Source of the DNA: Pseudomonadota bacterium
GTDB taxonomy: Bacteria > Pseudomonadota > Gammaproteobacteria > SURF-13
Assembly: GCA_040756035.1 (NCBI GenBank)
Contig: JBFLZV010000001.1
Span: forward strand, 11,892-75,891
DNA length: 64,000 nucleotides
Direction of reading: 5' to 3'
Shown: positions 59,171 through 64,000 of the stretch, in pieces
How positions within the stretch are numbered: position 1 is the first letter of the stretch
Layout: each line of letters begins with the position of its first letter
Position numbers and translations under genes: made by a program
The notes under the pieces: generated by a model
Databases searched by the model: none
Told to the model about the DNA's origin: nothing
What the model saw: the letters and a program-made list of their open reading frames with translations, nothing else

Positions 59171-60193
59171 CTACAGCGTTCGTTGTTCGGTGCGCAGCGC
59201 GGCGCCGATGCCGAGCAGGCAGCGTGCTTGCAGCGCGCGGTTCAGCGGCGGCGTGCATTGCAGCAGTTGATTGACATCGAGCTGCCGCACCGCAACGCTC
59301 AAGTTGGCGCCGATATATTCCATCAAGCCGGGGGCTTCTTTTTCCAGCGGCGTGACGTAAAGGTGCGTGATAGGCGGCTGCGCATAGTGGCTTTCGTAAT
59401 AGTCCAGCGAACGCTGGATTTCCAATATCACGCCGTCCAGCGCGCGCTGTAACGGCGGCGCAAGCTCCGTGCCGCTGTGCGCCAGGTGCTCCGCGGCCAC
59501 CTCGATATTGCGCGCGAGATACAGATCGGATTGCCGGGTAAGAATGATGTGTCCGCCCTGCGGGTCGAGATGCAACAGCGCGACACCGGCGTCGTCTTCC
59601 GGCAGCAGCGCGGTAATGTTGCGCAGCGCGAGTTCGGGGATGTCGATGACCGTGAGATTGAGGCGCGCTTCCTCCGCGCGATCGACGTACGACTGCACCA
59701 GCGCGGCGCGCGCCACCACCACGTACATCATCTTGGGACGGCCCTGCACGCCTTGGCCGGGGATGTCGAATACGTCGATCACCGCGTCATCGACGTGGAA
59801 ATCGATCAAGTCCTTGATGCGCCAACGCACCGCGGCCTTGAGTTCCGGCGTGGCGACATTGGGCGCTTCGACCAGCAGCAAATGATAGGAGCCGGGCTCC
59901 ATGAGGCGCACGCAGCGCGCCTGCATCAGCCCGTAATCCTTCATCAGCTCGCCGAGCACCTTGTCTTGGTGCGCCACGGCCTCGCACGGCCGGAACGCGC
60001 ACGCCTCCAGGCGCGGCGCGCGGCCCTCGTCGCGCACCACGCGCACCACACTAACCCCTTGCGCGGACACGCTGATACCGACCCAGCCCTTGGGCTGCAA
60101 GCTTCTTTTAAGGAGTGGAAACAGGATCGCCCCCTTGGCCCTGTTGCTACTTACTAGACGGCGGACGGTTACAATCGTTACATTTTGCTGCAA
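59171..60193 (-). CDS. mshI: MSHA biogenesis protein, PilM-like (MshI N-terminal part)
   Basis: YHLLLVEAPNV, AVRWRIKDL, IDIPELALRN, LEIQRSLDYYES, IGAALR; start uncertain. Confidence 0.82.
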   Translation of the reverse strand: MQQNVTIVTVRRLVSSNRAKGAILFPLLKRSLQPKGWVGISVSAQGVSVVRVVRDEGRAPRLEACAFRPCEAVAHQDKVLGELMKDYGLMQARCVRLMEPGSYHLLLVEAPNVATPELKAAVRWRIKDLIDFHVDDAVIDVFDIPGQGVQGRPKMMYVVVARAALVQSYVDRAEEARLNLTVIDIPELALRNITALLPEDDAGVALLHLDPQGGHIILTRQSDLYLARNIEVAAEHLAHSGTELAPPLQRALDGVILEIQRSLDYYESHYAQPPITHLYVTPLEKEAPGLMEYIGANLSVAVRQLDVNQLLQCTPPLNRALQARCLLGIGAALRTEQRTL

Positions 60194-60224
60194 GTTAGCA
60201 CAGTAACTTATTGTTGTAAATGTA

Positions 60225-60938
60225 TTAAGGGTGCTCGTCTGCCGGCTGCCGGGCGATAAAAACCAAATCCCAAACCGGGTGGCCCAGGCGCGCGCCGCGC
60301 CGTTCGAACTTGGTTTGCGGCCGGTACGCCGGGCGCGGCGCGTAACAGCCTATGCCCGCGGCGTTGACGAACTGTGGAGCGGCGCTCAACACTTCCAGCA
60401 TGTGCCGCGCGTAATCCTCCCAGTCGGTGGCGAGGTGAAAATGCCCGCCGGGCTGTAGCTTACGCGCCACCAGCGCCACGAACGGCGGTTGCACCAAGCG
60501 GCGCTTGGCGTGGCGGCGCTTCGGCCAGGGGTCGGGAAAAAACAGGTAAATCGCGTCGAGGCCGGCGTCGGGGATGTGCCGGGCCAGCACCTCGACGGCA
60601 TCGGCGCACAGTATGCGCACATTGTTGATTTGCCGCGCGTCGAGCAGATTGAGCAACTTGCCCACACCGGGACGGTGCACCTCAATGCCCAGGTAGTCGT
60701 TTTCGGGATGCGCTGCGGCCAGCTCGGCCAGCGCATCACCCATGCCGAAGCCGATCTCCAAAATGCGCGGCGCGCGGCGCCCGAACACGGCATCGAGATC
60801 GAGTGGCGTGTGCGGCGCGGGCGCAAGGCCGTAGCGCTCCCACAGCGTGTCGAGCGCCTGCTGCTGCGCGGCGGTCATGCGCCCTTGGCGCAGCACGTAG
60901 CTGCGGATGGGCCGATGCGTTTTGGGAATCGCCGCCAT
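60225..60938 (-). CDS. trmB: tRNA (guanine-N7)-methyltransferase
   Basis: [48 protein letters not shown]. Confidence 0.96.
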   Translation of the reverse strand: MAAIPKTHRPIRSYVLRQGRMTAAQQQALDTLWERYGLAPAPHTPLDLDAVFGRRAPRILEIGFGMGDALAELAAAHPENDYLGIEVHRPGVGKLLNLLDARQINNVRILCADAVEVLARHIPDAGLDAIYLFFPDPWPKRRHAKRRLVQPPFVALVARKLQPGGHFHLATDWEDYARHMLEVLSAAPQFVNAAGIGCYAPRPAYRPQTKFERRGARLGHPVWDLVFIARQPADEHP

Positions 60939-60990
60939 GGGTTTTACGCACGCTTGACTATGGTATGACAATAGTTATACTTGGTGGATC

Positions 60991-61248
60991 ATGAAAATCG
61001 CCATCTCTATCCCCGACGATGTTTTTCGCCACGCCGAGCGCCTAGCCAAGCGCTTGGGTATAGCGCGCAGCAAACTTTATACCGCGGCCATGTCCAACTA
61101 CTTGCAAGCGCACTCCCACGAGGGTGTCACCATACAACTCAACCGGATATACGGCGAGGAGCCGTCCTTGAGCAACCTTGACAACGTGGCTGAGGGTTTG
61201 CAATTTAAGTCGCTGATGCGGCGCAAGGATGCTGATGAAGCGTGGTGA
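60991..61248 (+). CDS. RHH antitoxin (ChpI-like)
   Basis: MKIAISIPDDVF..AERLA..LG..RSKLY; overlaps the toxin gene. Confidence 0.82.
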   Translation: MKIAISIPDDVFRHAERLAKRLGIARSKLYTAAMSNYLQAHSHEGVTIQLNRIYGEEPSLSNLDNVAEGLQFKSLMRRKDADEAW

Positions 61249-61573
61249 GGTCTGGTGGGCTTCCCTACCCGAACCCAGCCGCTCCGGCCCTGGTTTGCGC
61301 CGCCCGGTGATCGTAGTGCAGTCCAACGATTTCAACCAAAGCCGTATCACCACCCTCATCGTCGCAACCATTACATCCAATTTAAAGCTGGCGGCTGCTC
61401 CGGGCAACGTTTTATTAGCCGGCAAGAGCACCGGATTGAATAGAGATTCCGTCGCCAATGTTTCGCAGCTCCTCACCGTTGATAAATCCTATCTCACCGA
61501 GCGAATTGGAAAATTGACGGCGCGGCAGATGCAAGAATTGGACGACGGTTTGCGCTTGGTATTATCGTTGTAA
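61235..61573 (+). CDS. PemK/MazF-family toxin
   Basis: MKRGEVWW, RRPVIVVQ...FN.SRI, ITSN, SVANVSQ. Confidence 0.9.
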   Translation: MKRGEVWWASLPEPSRSGPGLRRPVIVVQSNDFNQSRITTLIVATITSNLKLAAAPGNVLLAGKSTGLNRDSVANVSQLLTVDKSYLTERIGKLTARQMQELDDGLRLVLSL

Positions 61574-61579
61574 GGAGGG

Positions 61580-62389
61580 CTAAAAAAACGTGCCTTCCAA
61601 CGGTGACGACGCGCTGGCGTAGGCTTTGCGCGGGATGCGCCCGGCGCGGTAGGCTTCGCGGCCGGCCTCGACGGCCTTTTTCATGGCACCGGCCATGAGC
61701 ACCGGGTCCTTGGCGCCGGCGATGGCGGTGTTCATGAGCACGCCGTCGCAACCCAACTCCATCGCTATCGCCGCGTCCGAGGCGGTGCCGACGCCGGCGT
61801 CTACTAGGATCGGCACGCGCGCGTTTTCCACGATCAAGCGGATGTTGTAAGGGTTGCGTATGCCGAGACCTGAGCCGATGGGTGCGGCGAGCGGCATCAC
61901 CGCCACGCAGCCGAGTTCTTCCAAGCGTTTGGCGATGAGCGGGTCGTCGCTGGTGTAGACCATCACCTTGAATCCCTCGCGCACCAGTATCTCCGCCGCC
62001 TGCAGGGTGGCGGGGATATCGGGGAACAGCGTCTTGGCGTCGCCCAGCACTTCGAGCTTGACCAGGTCGTGGCCGTCCAGTAGCTCGCGCGCCAGGCGGC
62101 AGGTGCGGATCGCGTCTTCCACGGTGTAACAGCCCGCGGTGTTGGGTAAAATGGTGTAGCGGCTCGGCGGCAGCACGTCGAGCAGGTTGGGTTCGTTGGG
62201 ACTCTGACCGATGTTGCTGCGGCGCAGCGCGACGGTGATGATCTCGGCCCCGCTCGCCTCGGTGGCGCGGCGCGTCTCGTCGAGGTCGCGGTATTTGCCG
62301 GTGCCCACCAACAGGCGCGAACGGTAGGTCTTGCCCGCGATGATGAGCGGATCATTTTCCACGGCTTGAGATGCTAATACAGCGTTCAT
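61580..62389 (-). CDS. thiG: Thiazole synthase
   Basis: [40 protein letters not shown]. Confidence 0.97.
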   Translation of the reverse strand: MNAVLASQAVENDPLIIAGKTYRSRLLVGTGKYRDLDETRRATEASGAEIITVALRRSNIGQSPNEPNLLDVLPPSRYTILPNTAGCYTVEDAIRTCRLARELLDGHDLVKLEVLGDAKTLFPDIPATLQAAEILVREGFKVMVYTSDDPLIAKRLEELGCVAVMPLAAPIGSGLGIRNPYNIRLIVENARVPILVDAGVGTASDAAIAMELGCDGVLMNTAIAGAKDPVLMAGAMKKAVEAGREAYRAGRIPRKAYASASSPLEGTFF

Positions 62390-62587
62390 TCACCCACCTC
62401 CCACCGCGCGAATAATTTCCACGCGATCACCGGAGCGTAACTGCCGGGTGACATAGTGGCCGCTCGGTACAATTTCCCGATTGATCTCCGTGGCTAAACG
62501 GCCGCTCAATTTTAATTCATCGAGCAATTGCGCTACGCTGCATTCCGCCGGAATGGTATGCGGTCTGCCATTTACAAAAATTTCCAT
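62390..62587 (-). CDS. thiS: Sulfur carrier protein ThiS
   Basis: NREIVP, GDRVEI, C-terminal GGG; adjacent to thiG. Confidence 0.93.
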   Translation of the reverse strand: MEIFVNGRPHTIPAECSVAQLLDELKLSGRLATEINREIVPSGHYVTRQLRSGDRVEIIRAVGGG

Positions 62588-62647
62588 GATTACCAAAGCG
62601 TTGAAGTTGAACTAAAATGAGGGTTCTATTATGGAGCGCCGCGCCGC

Positions 62648-64000
62648 ATGACGCAATGGAACAAAGACGTTATCCCGCTCGACGCCGCCCGCACCCTGGA
62701 CGGGCTGTTCCGCGAGCGTGTGCGCCGCACGCCCCACGCCGTCGCTTATCGCAGCTTCGATAAAACCAGCAGCGCTTGGCTGGATATCACCTGGGCGCAG
62801 ATGGCCGAACGGGTGGCGTGTTTTCAGGCCGCGCTGGCGCGCGAGCGTCTGCCGCCCGGCGCGCGTGTCGCACTCATGCTGCGCAACGGCGTGGACTGGA
62901 TGGCGTTCGATCAGGCGGCGCTGGCGTCGGGGCTGGTGGTGGTGCCGCTGTACGCCGACGACCGCGCCGACAATATCGCATACATTTTACGCGACTGTTC
63001 CCCGCAGTTATTATTTTTGCATGACGCCGCGCAGTGGAAACGCTTGCAGCCGGTGCGCGAGTCGCTGAGCGGCGTGCAGCGCATCGTGATCGGCGGCGCG
63101 GCGCGCGGCGCGCAAAACGTCGAAGACGAGCGCGTGGCGCTTCTGGAAAATTGGCTCGGCGACGGCCCGGTGCAAGCCTTGCCGCATCACACACACACAT
63201 CGCAGCAGCTCGCCACCATCGTCTACACCTCCGGCACCACCGGGCGGCCCAAGGGCGTGATGCTCAGCCATCATAATATATTGAACAGCGCCGCCGGCGG
63301 CCTGTGGCTGCTGGACGTTTATCCGAGCGACGTGTTCTTGTCCGTGCTGCCGCTGTCGCACACCTTCGAGCGCAGCCTGGGTTATTACGCGCCGATGATG
63401 GCGGGCGCCGCAGTCGCGTACTGCCGCTCCATTCCGCAGCTTGGCGAGGATTTACAAACGGTCCGTCCGCACGTGATGATCTCCGTGCCGCGCGTGTTCG
63501 AGCGCGTCTATATGCGCGTGCAGAGCCAATTGCAAAAACGCTCGTGGCTGGCGCGCGCCTTGTTCCATTTGGCGATCGCCGTCGGCTGGCGGCGTTTCGA
63601 AGCCGCGCAAGGGCGCGCGCGGCGCAGTCCCGCTTTATGGCTGTGGCCGCTGCTGGAACGCCTGGTAGCGCGCAAGTTCCTGGCGCGGCTGGGCGGACGC
63701 ATGCGCTGGACGGCGAGCGGCGGCGCGGCGCTGCCGGCGCCGGTCGCGCGCATGTTCATCGGCCTCGGCTTGCCCATTGCGCAGGGTTACGGGCTCACCG
63801 AGACCAGCCCACTGATCAGCGGCAACAAACTCGACGACAACGATCCGGCCAGCGTCGGCGTGCCCATCCCCGGCATGGAAGTACGCCTCGGCGCGAACGA
63901 CGAGCTGCTGGTGCGCGGCGCGGGCGTGATGCTCGGTTATTGGAACAATCATAGCGCCACCTACGCGATGATCGACGGCGAAGGCTGGTTGCACACCGGC
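62648..64000 (+). CDS. Long-chain fatty acid-CoA ligase (partial, runs off the window end)
   Basis: Manual translation MTQWNKDVIPLDAARTLDGLFRERV...; YTSGTTGRPKG AMP-binding motif, LPLSH, QGYGLTE, GWLHTG; absent from the ORF track because there is no stop. Confidence 0.92.
   Translation, partial: MTQWNKDVIPLDAARTLDGLFRERVRRTPHAVAYRSFDKTSSAWLDITWAQMAERVACFQAALARERLPPGARVALMLRNGVDWMAFDQAALASGLVVVPLYADDRADNIAYILRDCSPQLLFLHDAAQWKRLQPVRESLSGVQRIVIGGAARGAQNVEDERVALLENWLGDGPVQALPHHTHTSQQLATIVYTSGTTGRPKGVMLSHHNILNSAAGGLWLLDVYPSDVFLSVLPLSHTFERSLGYYAPMMAGAAVAYCRSIPQLGEDLQTVRPHVMISVPRVFERVYMRVQSQLQKRSWLARALFHLAIAVGWRRFEAAQGRARRSPALWLWPLLERLVARKFLARLGGRMRWTASGGAALPAPVARMFIGLGLPIAQGYGLTETSPLISGNKLDDNDPASVGVPIPGMEVRLGANDELLVRGAGVMLGYWNNHSATYAMIDGEGWLHTG

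Overview
GC-rich proteobacterial (most likely gammaproteobacterial) chromosomal window. No rRNA, tRNA or CRISPR array was seen. Left to right: a YgiT-type zinc-finger gene; a cytochrome b / Tat molybdoenzyme pair; a lipoprotein; an unlisted 48-aa Cys/His peptide gene; modA; argF-argD; a PuuD-like membrane protein; an AsnB-family amidotransferase; a zinc locus (MerC-like gene, Zur-like regulator with two TGCAAC-N3-(G/A)TTGCA boxes, outer-membrane protein-SBP-permease import operon and a convergent Czc-type RND efflux operon, each led by a DUF2946-like leader ORF ending RAPP or HAPP); modB plus an ABC ATPase; a 14-kb phosphate-starvation region with several Pho boxes (pstSCAB-phoU, olsBA, ArsR, EAL-CBS-GGDEF, a broken phytase-like gene, plcP-like/GT4/dgkA, phoX); a Fur-boxed porin whose 3' end and terminator are duplicated around a ParDE cassette, followed by a second TA pair and a RAYT-like transposase with stuttered terminal repeats; an MSHA-type type IV pilus locus with two major-type pilins, an O-antigen-ligase-family protein and an unusual adhesin in the mshQ position; trmB, a MazEF-like pair, thiG, thiS; and a partial acyl-CoA synthetase. 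Most promising leads: the paired putative arrest-peptide leaders on opposing Zn import and export operons, the integrase-free TA cassette at the porin 3' end, and the apparently exchangeable MSHA tip adhesin and pilin glycosylation module. All family assignments come from motif recognition by eye, not database searches.
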